A stretch of DNA of 64,000 nucleotides from an uncultured Gemmatimonadales bacterium. GTDB lineage: Bacteria; Gemmatimonadota; Gemmatimonadetes; Gemmatimonadales; GWC2-71-9. A program made the translations under genes and the position numbers. Shown one piece after another: positions 1 through 11,292 of the stretch. The stretch covers positions 1 through 64,000 of the forward strand of contig CAWJIM010000001.1 in assembly GCA_963842945.1 (NCBI GenBank), given 5' to 3'. The notes beneath the pieces are model-generated. The model saw only the letters and a program-made list of their open reading frames with translations. It was not told where the DNA came from and did not search any database. Positions within the stretch are counted from its first letter, which is position 1. Each line of letters begins with the position of its first letter.

Positions 1-44
1 GGCGCGGTGGATACTCCTTCCTAAGTCGCTCAAATAGTGGGAGA

Positions 45-604
45 TTGGCGGAGGCTGCCGCACTCGATCCTGCGATGGCCGCGCTCCTGGCCAACGCAGC
101 GGTCTGTGAGGGGAGCGCCGAGCCGGCAACGGTCCTGGTGCTCCAGCGTGAGTCAGAACGGTCCGGCTGGAAGGTCGACGCCATCAACTCCAGACGCTCG
201 TCCATCGGGGGTGGGTGGAGCCTGCGTTGGAGGGCATGGTCGCAGAGGCAGTTGCTCCCGGTCGCCTCTCCGCCTCTCACGACTATCGGATGGCCAGATG
301 CGGACGTGGTGCTGGTCTGCGTGCAGACTGACCGGGAAGGCTACGCTCGGGCGTACGGGCCCCTCTTCGAGGCATTGGCGAGTTGGTCAAGGCGCTGCGA
401 GAACACCTAAGGGCAATATTCCGCTGGTCATCTTCGAATCGACTCTGGTGCCGTCATCCATGCGGACGGTGATTCGCGATCGGTTTGCCGAGCTTGGCTT
501 AAGAGGGCCGTGATGTACTCCTCGGCAATAGTCCGAACCGGGTCATGCCCGGACGATTGGTCGAGCGGGTCGTCGGCTCGGATAAGCTGGTGGCGGGCCT
601 CCAC
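45..604 (+). pseudogene. UDP-glucose/GDP-mannose dehydrogenase family N-terminal fragment, frameshifted and truncated
   Basis: Across frames it reads WKVDAINS, DADVVLVCVQTD, PLVIFESTLVPSSM and GNSPNRVMPGRLVERV..SDKLVAG, which follow the nucleotide-sugar dehydrogenase pattern. Homology stops abruptly at about 604. Confidence 0.65.
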
Positions 605-769
605 ACCTTCCTCCCCGACGGCCGCCTCATCGTCGCCGGCGGGCACATCTCAGACAACAAGGGCATCAAGGGTGTTAACATCTTCGACTGGACCACCAAC
701 AGTTGGGCAGATGCGCCGCACATGCGCGCGGGCCGTTGGTACCCTACCGCGACCGTCCTTCCTAACGGA
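602..769 (+). pseudogene. Galactose/glyoxal oxidase-type Kelch repeat fragment
   Basis: HTFLPDGRLIVAGGH...IFDWTTNSW...MRAGRWYPTATVLPNG is a copper-radical-oxidase Kelch signature. Only about 56 aa are present. Confidence 0.7.
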
Positions 770-875
770 TGGGTCCCACTACCCTGGATGCACCCGGCGC
801 CGGACGGCGTCAGCCAGGACGATGATGTCAAGGCACAAACTCTATGCCAGAGGGGTATGGCGCAGACTCCGGCCG

Positions 876-1082
876 TTAGATCAAGCGAGTCTTCAAGTGA
901 TCTGCTAAACGAAGGGCCAAAGCGACAATCGTCAAAGTCGGCATGGTATAACCGGATGTAGGAAAAACCGAACTGCCGGCAATGTATAGATTAGCGTTGC
1001 CGTGTATCCGGCAATTTGGATCGACAACGCCTTTCTTGGGATCATCAGACATACGAGTGGTGCCCATGTGATGAGGGCCACC
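876..1082 (-). pseudogene. 3' fragment of a GMC oxidoreductase, diverged copy of 4425-4631
   Basis: GGPHHMGTTRMS..NLYIAGSSVFPTSG...PTLTIVALALRLADHL. Manual alignment to 4425-4631 gives about 20 substitutions in 207 bp and no indels. Confidence 0.85.
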
Positions 1083-1095
1083 ATGAAGTCCTTGC

Positions 1096-1138
1096 TGCTT
1101 CAGGCTTTCGTGGGGTGGAAGAGTAAGCAGCTGAGAGT
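1096..1138. repeat. ~44-bp direct repeat, copy 1 (copy 2 at 6444-6487)
   Basis: tgcttcaggctttcgtg-gggtggaagagtaagcagctgagagt versus tgcttcatgctttcgtgtgggtggaagggtaagcagctgagagt. Confidence 0.85.
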
Positions 1139-1399
1139 CTTGGCAGTATGTTCGGAGCATGAATGACAGACCTCTATCCCAGGCTCTTGGGTGGGCGGGA
1201 GGCGCCGGGCTACGACATGCGGTAGCGGCGCTGCGGCGCATAGCTGTCTGAATGAGCGGATCCTCTACCGCCGGATGGAAACTGGCTTCCGAGACGATGA
1301 TGGGCTCAGTAGGCGACGCTCTCCTTCTATTTGGAGGCCTCGGCCGTGGACGATTCGAAGCTGAGGGCAAGCCGGGGGTGCTGCTCTCCCCGCGCGGCA

Positions 1400-2570
1400 C
1401 TCGCCGCGGCGGTCGTGACTTCGTCGCCGTCGGCGTGCTCGCGCTCTGGTTCCCCGCCGACGGGCTCGACCTCTACGTCTCGTACGCAGCCGGGACGGCC
1501 GCCCGGAGCGGCTCCTCGCCGTACGAGCACGCCGTCTATCTCGAGACCTGGGCCCGGCTCGCTCCGCCCGCGTCGCCCGTGGCGTGCGTCCTCCCGTTCG
1601 CCTACCCGCCGTCGTGGCTTCCCTTCGCGATGGCGCTGAGCCTCCCACCGTGGAGCGTGGCCCTCGCGTGCTGGAAGCTCGTCTCCGCGGCTGTCCCTCG
1701 TCGGTATCGTCCTCCTGACGGTCCGCGTGCTGTACGCCGACGAGCTCGACGCATGCGACCGTCTCGCCGTCTGGTGCTTCGCGCTCACGCTCTCGCCGAC
1801 GATTTCGGTGCTGATCATCGGGCAGTCGTCGCTGTTCATCGTCTTCCTGCTCGTGCTTTCGGCCGCATGCCTGGAGCGAGGTCGCATCGTCGAGTCCGGC
1901 CTGGCACTCGCGCTCGCGGCCATGAAGCCGCAGTTGGCGGCGCCCTACGTCCTCTTTCTGCTCGCGCGCGGCGAGCTCGGGGTGCTGGCACTCGGGGCGG
2001 CGGGCACACGCGGCGCTCGCGGGGCTCGGCGTGTACGCGTCGGGCATGCGTCTCGATGCGTACCTCGATGCCGCCGCGCGCTGGGCGGGCCACAACCCGC
2101 CGACGTCGGAATCGCCGTCGGTATCGCGAACCTGCTCGGGCACATCACGAGCCTGGACGTCGCCGCCGTGACGGCGATCGGCATGCTCGCGGGTGTGGCG
2201 CTCGTCGCTGCGCTCGCGTTCGGACGCGGTACCAGCGGCGACCGCCGCGCGCTCGCCGAGGTCCTGCCGGTCGTGCTGTTGGCGGCGCCACTCGGCTTTC
2301 GCTGCAACGCCTACGACCTAGTCGCGCTGATTCCGCTCTTCGCCTGGGCCCGCGCGCGCGGCACGCCGAGAACGCTCGGCCGTGCGATCCAGGCGCTCTG
2401 CCTCGTGCTCATCGTGCCGCGCGCGGCGCTGCACGTCGCCTACGAGAAGTCGCGGCCGGTCTCGTCCCGTACGAGGCGTACTACGTCGGCGAGACCACCT
2501 TCCGGAGCTGGGTCCTCGTGCTGCTGCTGCCGCTCGCCCTGATGGCGTGGCGAGCGCGCGCTCACCCCGC
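1400..2570 (+). CDS. GT87-family (GT-C fold) membrane glycosyltransferase, frameshifted, start unclear
   Basis: Motifs DLYVSY..G.SPY, FAYPP, IIGQSS, AMKPQ and YD with many TM segments, spread over ORFs 1252..2670 and 1727..2542. Both ends are approximate. Confidence 0.7.
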
Positions 2571-2879
2571 CGGCGCTCCGCCCTTCGCCGTGAACGGCTC
2601 GGCTACCGCCGCATTCGTCCTTCGATTGTCACGAAACAGCCAGAAACCGAATCCCGAAAACTCACCGTAGGCATCATTTGTCTGGGGCCGATACTGTGCG
2701 GATACAACAACCGGTATGGATCGTGGGTTCGAGTCCACGACCCTCATAGCTTAGCTCTTCTCCCTCCCGTATTACACTACCGCCTGTACTCCAGAACGCC
2801 GCACGAGGCATCGCCACGGGCTCGGAGTGAGCGGCACCTGAAGTCCCCACCTCCAAAGTTCGGGGGGGCAATTCCATGA

Positions 2880-4181
2880 TGCGGCTAGTTCTCTTGCTAG
2901 TCACGGCCTTCAGGGTCCGGTATTGGGCCGTCGCGGAGAGTCGTCCGCGGGCCCTGGTCGGCACGCGGCAAGATACATGGCGTATGCCGCAAGGATCGCG
3001 AGCCCGTTCGCGGCGAAGATCAGAACGACCGCCGGTTGCCGTGACACGACCACGAGCTCGGAATCGGCTCCCATGACCGCAAGCCCGAAACGCTCGAGCA
3101 TTCGGTAGGTGACTAGATAGTTCAAGGCCAGAAAGCTGTACAGGATCAGCAGCGTCCACCGGGAACCGGGGCGATTGAGAACTTCAGGGAAACGGTGGTA
3201 CACGGCGGCAAGGAAGGGCAGGGTCAGAAGCAGCGCGTCGTTCGGCTGATGGTACACGCTCAACAGAATTACGCTGCCCGCGATGCCAACGACAAGCCCA
3301 AACGGGGTACGAGTTCCAGTCCGCGCCGGCGCCCGCAGCCCCCAGATTCCGGTCCCGATCACCGTGCTCGCGATCAGAAGCTGTCCCCAGCCGCTGATCT
3401 GTCACCAGTCAAGCGACTCATCAACGATACCGCGTCTACGCGCGGGGCCGTGGAGCGGATCGTTTACAGTGAGCTGCGTCTGGTTCTCGGCTAACCCGGC
3501 CAGCGCCATCGTCCCCAGCTCCCATAACCCGCCTGCGCGGTGAGCGAGGAGCCCGAGAAATGGAAGATTCATCAGTACCGCCCATCCTGTGCCGGCCAAT
3601 ACCGCCCGGCCGGCACCCATGCCGAGCATCAGCAGGGCTAGGGGCACCCCGTAGTTCGCCTTGAGCAGGGCGATAGCTAGAGCCACGCCGCTCAACCATG
3701 GGCGGCGAGGTGCTTCCCACAATGCCACATAAGTAGCAATCACCATCTGCAAGGTGACGTTGCCCACCACCAGGTTCAGCCTTCCCGGCCGGCTGAGAAG
3801 GAGGAGAGCAGCGATCAGGAGCACTGTCGCGATATTGGTCCTAAGGCCGTTGTACCTCATTGAGAGCCAGATTAGGACAGCCGCGAGCATGATCATAAAC
3901 CCGGTGTAGAGCCAGTTCGCGACCGCGGGAGAAAAGAGGCCGAAGGGGAGATGGACGAGCAGGAAGGCCGGCGCGTATGGCGGAAATGGCCGCTGCACCG
4001 GGTACTGGTTGATGTAGGCCGGTCGGTCGTAGGGATTGCCTCCGTCGAGCACGGCGCGAACCGGGTAATAGATCGTGTCGTAGAAATCGGCGGGATACGG
4101 AGCGGAGGCTTTGGAAACTGCTGCCGCAGCGAGGAAGAACAGGGCGGACACCAGGGCCAGGACCTGAGCCTTGTTACGCAT
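2880..4181 (-). CDS. GT87-family membrane glycosyltransferase, frameshifted near 3400
   Basis: DFYDTIYYP..LDGGNPY, FPPYAP, VVGN, LLKANYG and YHQPND motifs in ORFs 3402..4181 and 2910..3362. The 3' end is approximate. Confidence 0.75.
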
Positions 4182-4424
4182 CCGCGTCTCCGAGCCTTAC
4201 GGTCGCCCTATTCGACCTGGACGGACCCGGATCGATTCGATCAAGCTCATCCTCGACGGCTATCACCCCACCCGTCAGCGCGGTCGCTTGTCTCTTCACT
4301 ATTGGTAACACTGAAGGATTCCTGGCGTGACGCCGCTTGCTCTAACGTCCGAAACAGGATCGCGATGAACGACGCAACCCACGATCAGCATTGTCCGCGC
4401 CGACACGAGTTTCAGGCAAACTTC

Positions 4425-6007
4425 TTAGACTAGGCGAGCCTTCAAGTGATCTGCTAAACGAAGGGCCAGAGCGACAATCGTTAAGGTTGGCATGTTGTAA
4501 CCGGATGTAGGAAAAACCGAACCGCCAGCAACGTATAGATTGGCGTTGCCGTGTACCCGACAATTTCGATCGACAACGCCTTGCTTGGGATCATTAGACA
4601 TACGAGTGGTCCCCATGTGATGAGGGCCACCGCCCAGTCCTTTGGCTGCGTCAAATCCATTGCTTTGCAGCCAGTCTGCCAAGCGCACTCGGCCAAGATT
4701 CAGGCGGCCCAATTCAGTGCCGATCAATCTTGGTAATAGCACTCAACCCTCGTTTGTCCAACTCGGTCAGCTGCCAATCAAGCCGGGCTCGATTGAGTCC
4801 AAACCGATCCTTCTCGTCGGACAGGGTGACGCGACTTTGAGGATTCGGGGCTTGCTCCGTTATACCAACAATTCGAACAAGCTTTGGCTTCCCAAGCGGC
4901 TCTTTCTTATCAACGAAATAGCTATAGGCACTCACCGCCACCTCATCAAGATCAGTCAGAACGTGCCACAGCTTGCTCCAAAGGTGATCTGGCAACTTGC
5001 CCGTCTTCTTAATGCTACTCGCAACGTCGATCATTGCTTTAACGCCGGAATCGGGATCCATATCGTACATTATCATCGCGCCACAATTCAGAGTTTTTTC
5101 CTCCGTTTGGCGCTCTGGGCTGATACGAAGGCCAGGCAAATAAATCAAATCCTCCAGCCATTGCCGTCGATAGGTTTCAAGAAACTTCCCAGGATTGATG
5201 GGCAAAACGACACCGCAGTCAATTTCAGGGTGTTCCATGAAGAATCTTCCAACCAAACCAAATCTATTGCCGATTCCCATGGGTTCGACGCGGTTTGACA
5301 AGAGTAGCAGTCTTGCGTTCTCGATGGCGCCGGTAGCGAGCACGAATGTCTTTGCTTTGACTTTGCCGGGTTTTCCGTCCAGAGAACGGATCTCTATATT
5401 GTCAACGACGGAGCCGTCGCGATTGGTTTGAATGTTCGATAGGTTTGCGTGCAGATAAACATGTATGTCCTGCGCGTTCTGCATATCTTGCCGGTACACT
5501 TGGCCAAAGCGTAATCGGCGGCTGAATTGCCAGAATTGAACTTGTAACTTCGCTGGATCCAAACGGGGTCCATCTACCTTAAGCATGCGCCAAACGTCGT
5601 CGTCGTAGACGTAGGGCCCCAAGCCGACGATCAAGTGGGCCCGCTTGTAGAAAGGATCAAGGTCCGCTTTGGTAATCGGCCAGCCACTTTCAGGAACCCA
5701 AGGACGTTCTTGAAAGTCCATCTCGATTTAAGGGGGAGCACTGCCCGTTCCAATGATTGGTCGTGCCACCAAAGAAGCGTAGACGACAGGTCTCAAGGGG
5801 ATAGTATTTGAAACCGACGTTTTCTCCCCGATAGAGAGACTGAGTGTCCGGGTCCGGCTCAAATCCTCCGCTCTCAATCACAACGACTTGACGTTTGGAA
5901 TTCAGAAATTCACGGGCTACAGTGATCCCGGCCGCCCCGGCACCTATGATGCAAAGGTCGGCTTCAATCACAGAATGGTTTTCAACGTTCCGAAAATCGA
6001 TAATCAT
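4425..6007 (-). CDS. GMC-family FAD oxidoreductase (three reading frames)
   Basis: IIGAGAAG Rossmann motif, GGTTNHWNG, GAIENARLLL, VGRFFMEHP, EQAPNPQSRVTL and HHMGTTRM. Joins ORFs 5690..6007, 4714..5721 and 4425..4742. Confidence 0.9.
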
Positions 6008-6017
6008 CGCCTTGGTC

Positions 6018-6419
6018 TCAAAGAAGAGCCACTAAGGCGCAGGCGCGAGCTTCGGTCCGGGAGAGAACCCAGCCATCAACAATGGCGATATTGCCATTGC
6101 GGAAGTCATGCTCCCGCTTCTGCGCCAACAGAGTCCGCAACTGCCTGGCGTCTTGCAGCCTGTTTGTCCCCGATGATGGCCCTCTGGAGGAACGCCACGA
6201 TTCCTTTCCTGAGAAAAGGATTGCAAATAGCGGCGCCCAATGGCTCTCGGTGGGCCAAGATCGGTGAACAAATCTCTGAAAGCAATCCAAAGACTTGGCC
6301 CACTCTCTTGCGGAGTCGTCACCGATCACGAGAACTCTTGCCACTAGTCGGGGCATGACGGAAATGGCGAGAGGAATAAGCCCCAGGTAGAGTGCTTGTC
6401 TTCTGGTAAGATTCATCAT
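6018..6419 (-). CDS. Small putative Tat-exported partner of the GMC enzyme
   Basis: N-terminus MMNLTRRQAL plus a hydrophobic stretch; C-terminal DFRNGNIAIVDGWVLSRTEAR; ends 10 bp upstream of the GMC gene. Compensating internal frameshifts are probable (AIGRRYL lies in another frame). Confidence 0.65.
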   Translation of the reverse strand: MMNLTRRQALYLGLIPLAISVMPRLVARVLVIGDDSAREWAKSLDCFQRFVHRSWPTESHWAPLFAILFSGKESWRSSRGPSSGTNRLQDARQLRTLLAQKREHDFRNGNIAIVDGWVLSRTEARACALVALL

Positions 6420-6443
6420 TCCCGACTCCAAGAATTTAAATGG

Positions 6444-6487
6444 TGCTTCATGCTTTCGTGTGGGTGGAAGGGTAAGCAGCTGAGAGT
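6444..6487. repeat. ~44-bp direct repeat, copy 2
   Basis: Matches 1096-1138 with 3 differences and abuts the stop codon of the upstream glycosyltransferase. Confidence 0.85.
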
Positions 6488-7967
6488 TCACCGGGGCGCC
6501 AGAAAGGCACGGTAGCCTATCAGCTCAATAGGCGGAGGCGGGATGCCGGCGACGGGATCGAGCGATCTCACCAGCTCCCTCCAGTGGGGCAGGTGGTGCA
6601 GTCGCGTAACCAGGAGGGCCTCCGGGAGAGTCGAGCCGAGAGAGCTGGCAGTCTCGGGGAGACTCTCGAAGACGAAGTCCGCCCCGGAGCGGCGCGCGTA
6701 GTAGGTGAGTACCCCCGTCTGATACCCAGGAGCCACTGCTACCGTCGACCCCGGCGGCAGCTTGCCCCGGAGCCAGGCCACCGCAGAGCGGGAGTCCTCC
6801 TTCCAATAGCGCGGAGAGAAGAACCACTGGGCGTCCGCCCAGAGGAAGAGCCCGGCCACCAGTGTGGTAGCGATCGAGCGGCGCGGCTTGGGCAATCGGG
6901 AGATGCCGAGAGCGACCAGTCCCACGAATCCAATGAGGCCGGGAAGGGTGTACCGCACGTTGTAGGCCTTGCCCGTCACCGCTGAGCCGAGCCAGGTGGC
7001 CATCATCGGCAGTAGGTAGAGCAGGCCAGGTTTCTTGGCGGCACTCACTCCGAGGCGCAGGCAAGAGCGCCGTGAGGATCAGGAGCGCGAACGCTCCCAC
7101 GAGCGCTCTGGCCGGGATGAGCCAGGACGCGCCGCCAGCGACGCCTTCGTCCTGGATGTCGCGCACCGAGGGCCCGAAGGAGTAGCCCACCAGATAGGTG
7201 AACAGGGTGTAAGGGATCTCGAGACCGGTCAGACGCTCGGGGGGGCGAGCCGGTCCCCTCGGCGTGAATGGACTGCGTGCGCCAGCATATACCCAAACGG
7301 GGCGGTCGCCAGTGCGATCACGATAGAGGCGGCGACCAGCTGCCGGAGGGTAGAGCCATCGCGGCGCATGCGAAGAGCCCAGAGCCATCCGATTAGAGGG
7401 AACACCACCCCCACCACGTGGGTGAGTATCGCTAATGAGGCAAGGGCGGCGAACCCGGCCCAGGCGAGGACCGACCCGTTCCTTAAGGCTCGCATGAGAC
7501 AGACCAGCGAGCCGATGCCCAAGCAGACGAGCAACGCGTAGGGGCGCGCCTCCTGGGAGTACCAGAGGTGCAGCGGATTTAGCGCCAGGAGCGCGGCGCT
7601 GAGGATGGCTACCCGAGTGCTCTCTCCGAGGGCCCGGACGAGGAGAACCACAAGGGGTACCGTCAGAGCACCCGCCACAACAGAGAGCAGGCGGAGCGCG
7701 GTCTCCGAATCGCCGAAAACGCCGATCACGAGGTGGAGGAGCCAGAAGTACAAGCGGGGGCTCAAATGCATCGTGGCTGAGCGCCGCGGCAGGGATCTCG
7801 GACAGCGGAAATCGAGCGGTGACCAGCGAGGAGTACTCGTCTACCCAGAGCGAGTTCTGCCCCAGGCGATACAGCCGGAGCGCCGCTGCGACGGCCAGGA
7901 GCAGGCCGGACCATACCAAGGCCCGCCTGTCCGCTTCAGGCGAATGAGATTGAGTCGGATTGGGCAC
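6488..7967 (-). CDS. GT39/ArnT-like (PMT_2) membrane glycosyltransferase, frameshifted
   Basis: LRLYRLGQNSLWVDE, LYFWLLH, LRLLSV, WYSQEARPYAL, RY and KEDSR motifs, multi-TM. Confidence 0.8.
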
Positions 7968-7972
7968 CGAGA

Positions 7973-9298
7973 TCAGAACGCGGCGGCGAGCTGGTGCACC
8001 TTCCGCAGGGTGCGCCAATACACGTCCTCCATGAGGATATGGGCGAACTCGCCGTTCCGACCGATGCTGTGCAGCCCGGCGATTGGCAGGCCTCGCTCGA
8101 GCTCGAGTCGCTCCGCCTCGTATTCCCGCAGGAACACGGGATGGGCGACGGGAGTGCGCACCACCCCACATCCCAGGTAGCGTTGCCGAAGCCCGGGGAA
8201 CAGACGTCTCCAGTCCGTCCAGGCACAAGGCTGGCCCAGCGCCTCGTCCGCCATGGTCCACATCGGGTCGCCGACCTCGCAGCCAATATCGACGGTGAGC
8301 ATGGTCTTGCCGTCAGGCGCGAGCCAGGGCATCGACAGGGGAGCCTCGGTGATCCGAAAGAACGGCAGGTCCCGTTCCGGGGTCCAGGTGACCACGTCGG
8401 ACAGCAGGCCGCGGCCCGTCGAAACGCATGTTGACCAGTGCCATCGGCCGGTAGCGGAAACGGGCCAACGGGCTGAGTGCCTGCGTTCCTTGAGCCAGCT
8501 TGGCGAGCACGTGCACCGGCGCGGTACTGAATACCGCAGAGGCCTCCTGCTCCTGGCCGGCCGCACGTACACCCTTCGACCCTTCCGTCTTCCACCAGGA
8601 TGGCCTGGACCGGTGATTCCAGACGGATCAACCCGGGCAGGTCTCCAGCCAGCTTCTCGCACACGAACCCCAGGCTGCCCTCGGGATAGACGTGCCAGAC
8701 GTGGGGGCTTTCAGGCTTCTCCCGCGAATACCCGTTGGCCACTGCGCGGCCGGTGAGCCGGCTGGCCAGCTTGAGCCCGAGCACGTGCGCCGTGCCGCGA
8801 TCGACCTGCGGGCGGGATGACCGAGGAGCCAAGCCGTGGCCGGTGCTCCCGACCATGACTCGACCAGAGGAATTGCGACCTCCTCTGCCAGCCGGGTTCC
8901 ATACTCCCGGCGATACCATTCGGCGGCGGAGCCGGGCGGCGCTCCCCGCGCTGACGGACTCGCCCGGCCAGGGCGCCGAGCAGAAACCGCGGGGTGCGGA
9001 GGAGGCCGAAGGGATAGCTGTAGGCTTTTCCGCGAAGGAGCACCGCCTCGCCGTAACGGCGAACGTCGCGGCAGTACCTGCCGATTCCCAGCGCCGCGGC
9101 CAGCCGGTTGGTGATGAAGTGCGCGCCGAAGTCGTGCGTGAAGCCGTCCGGCGTCGCGAAAGCTCCGGGCCAGCCCCGCGACATGCCGGCCTGCCTCGTA
9201 GACCACCACCGGAACCCCCGCCGGTGGAGCATGCGAGCGGCGACCAGCCCGGCCAGGCCCGCACCAACCACGGCGACCGGAGGCCGGTGCCGGCTCAT
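7973..9298 (-). CDS. FAD-dependent oxidoreductase (HemY/UDP-galactopyranose-mutase-like superfamily), frameshifted
   Basis: VAVVGAGLAGL, YEA...AGLARS, HDFGAHF and C-terminal IGRNGEFAHILME. Confidence 0.75.
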
Positions 9299-9320
9299 CG
9301 TCCGGAGCGCTGGAAAGTGG

Positions 9321-10162
9321 TCACAAGCAGGCCGCCTTTACTCTGAGCTGTTGCCACCACTCAATTGCTGTAGCCGCGGCACGCACGGCAAATGAGGGCT
9401 CCGAGAGCTGTGAGTGCCCAGTGCGGGGGCTTCCCAGTCGGCCATCAAATTCCTGGCTGATTCCAGCCAGGCTCGCGGCGCCGTGCGGTCCGAACCGAAA
9501 CGATCTCCAGCCCAGCCAATCTCGCCGCCTGTCCCAAAGATTTGCCTCAAAAAGATTGGGGTGCCTGGGAAAGCCGTAGCCGCTCCAGTGTCTGCCCCGA
9601 AACACCTTGCCCGCCGACGACTGAGTATAGGGAGTGACAACAGAGCACCAGACCGCCGGGGCGGAGCAGGCGGCTGGCCAGCTTCAAGGCGCGCCAGAGG
9701 ATCGTTCACCTGCTCCAACACCCCGATCAGGAGCACCGCGTCGTAGGACGGTCTCAGGGGGATTCGACCATTCGACTTCCCCGTGAGGCAGGACGGGCCT
9801 TGTCTCGACCCGCCAATTGGCTCCTAAAGAACGGTGTACGATGTCGAGCCGCTCTGCTCCAGCGGGGCCGAGGTAGAGAAGGTGTCCCTGTGAGGGAAGA
9901 TGCTTGGCGAATCGGGTAATCTCGCGGGCGAAGGCTCGGCCGGTCGTCCACCCGTCTGTGCCCGAGAACAGTCGCGGGTCGCGGTGAGGCGTGATGTCCG
10001 GACAGGTCGCTGGGAGCTGCTGCGGGGTTCAGGTAGACCAGTCCGCAGGTGCGGCAGCACACCGCAAGGAAAGCCTCCGAGCCGGCTGGGATCGGAGAAG
10101 TCTTTACCGACTGCTACCGGCTCGGCATCGTCATGGTCGCAAAGAATGCAGCTGGCCGACAC
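9321..10162 (-). pseudogene. Degenerate class I SAM methyltransferase with N-terminal Zn ribbon
   Basis: CILC...CRTCGLVYLNP, YDAVLLIGVLEQVNDP and HWSGYGFPRH in different frames. No clear GxGxG motif is visible. Confidence 0.55.
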
Positions 10163-10256
10163 CAGGTGGTGTCCGGCTGGCCGAGCCGCCTGTACCTGAG
10201 GCGCGATTGCCCGAAAGGCGGGACGGATTCGGGAGAAATGCTGGGCACCGACGTCG

Positions 10257-11260
10257 TCATCTGGAAGCGTCGGTCATCCTGAGGCGGATACCTGGCGCAT
10301 TTCGGCCGACGGGAGATGGCGTAACCTCACGTCGCGGTCGGTGCCGAGCCGGGTGGCTGCGGCATGCCAGCTTGCGTTGTACGCTACAGACCATCCGAAC
10401 GCCTTCCTGCAGATCGATATGGGGCTCGAAACCCAGGAGCAGCCGTTGCCGTTCCAGGCGTCGGCCGCTTGACCAGGGTGATCTGGGCCGGGAGCGATAC
10501 CTGCGGATCAGGTTGCGGTCAGCGCCCGAGCTCGAGCCGCATCATCTCCGCCAGATCGAGCATGGGCACGATCTCTGGATGCCCGATATTGATGACCGTG
10601 TGATGCTCGACGTGCCCAGCGGCCTCGATGGCCCGGACCGCGTCGGAGACATGAAGCCAGCCTCGCGCGCTGCCCCGGTGAACCTCGATCGGCTGGCCGC
10701 GGCGAGTTTGGCGCGAAGCGGATCATGGCCGAGCGGTGCTCGCCCACGTCCTCCATCTCATCGTAGACCATGCAGGGCCGAACAATGACCGCTCGCAGAC
10801 CCGACGTGCGCGCCTCGTAGTCGACCAGCTGTTCTGCCAGCCACTTGATGAGCCCGTACCGGTTGGCGGGCTGAGGGACGGCGGTTTCGTCCATGGACTC
10901 GCAAGCGGGGCCGTAGACCTCGGAGGTGGAGATGAATACGCACGTGCACTCGGCGCGCTTGCAGAGCTGCAGCACGTTGTTGATGCCGGCGACATTGGTC
11001 GCCAGGGCCAGGGAGCCGGCCTGCTCAGCGGTCGTGCGCCCGACCACCGCCGCGAGGAGAAATACCACGTCCGGGCCCCAGTCGAAGGCCGGCAGCAGAT
11101 CCAGTGGATGGGTGATGTCCGCCACCAGGTAGTCCGGGCGCAAGCGAGGCCGGATGTCGGACTCCAGGACGGCGTAACCCATCGCTCTGAAGGTAGGAGA
11201 CGAGCGGCGCTGCCAATGTTGCCCTCCGACCCAATGACCAGCGCCCGCAGGTCGACTCAT
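10257..11260 (-). CDS. NAD-dependent epimerase/dehydratase (extended SDR), frameshifted
   Basis: ALVIG..GNIG across a shift, FISTSEVYG, YGLIK (YxxxK), INIG and LLGFEPHIDLQEG. Confidence 0.8.
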
Positions 11261-11292
11261 GTCGCTTCATTGCCGCCATCCTCTTTGAGATC

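Noticed and set aside
835..850. Minus-strand TGGCAT-N5-TTGT as a sigma54 promoter
   Set aside because: It lacks the conserved -12 GC, and no intact gene lies downstream.
6525..8261. 578-aa ORF and other long overlapping ORFs (e.g. 7936..9267, 11609..12661, 27316..28842)
   Set aside because: These are shadow or frameshift-stitched frames typical of high-GC DNA, with Arg/Pro/Gly-rich nonsense outside short real segments.
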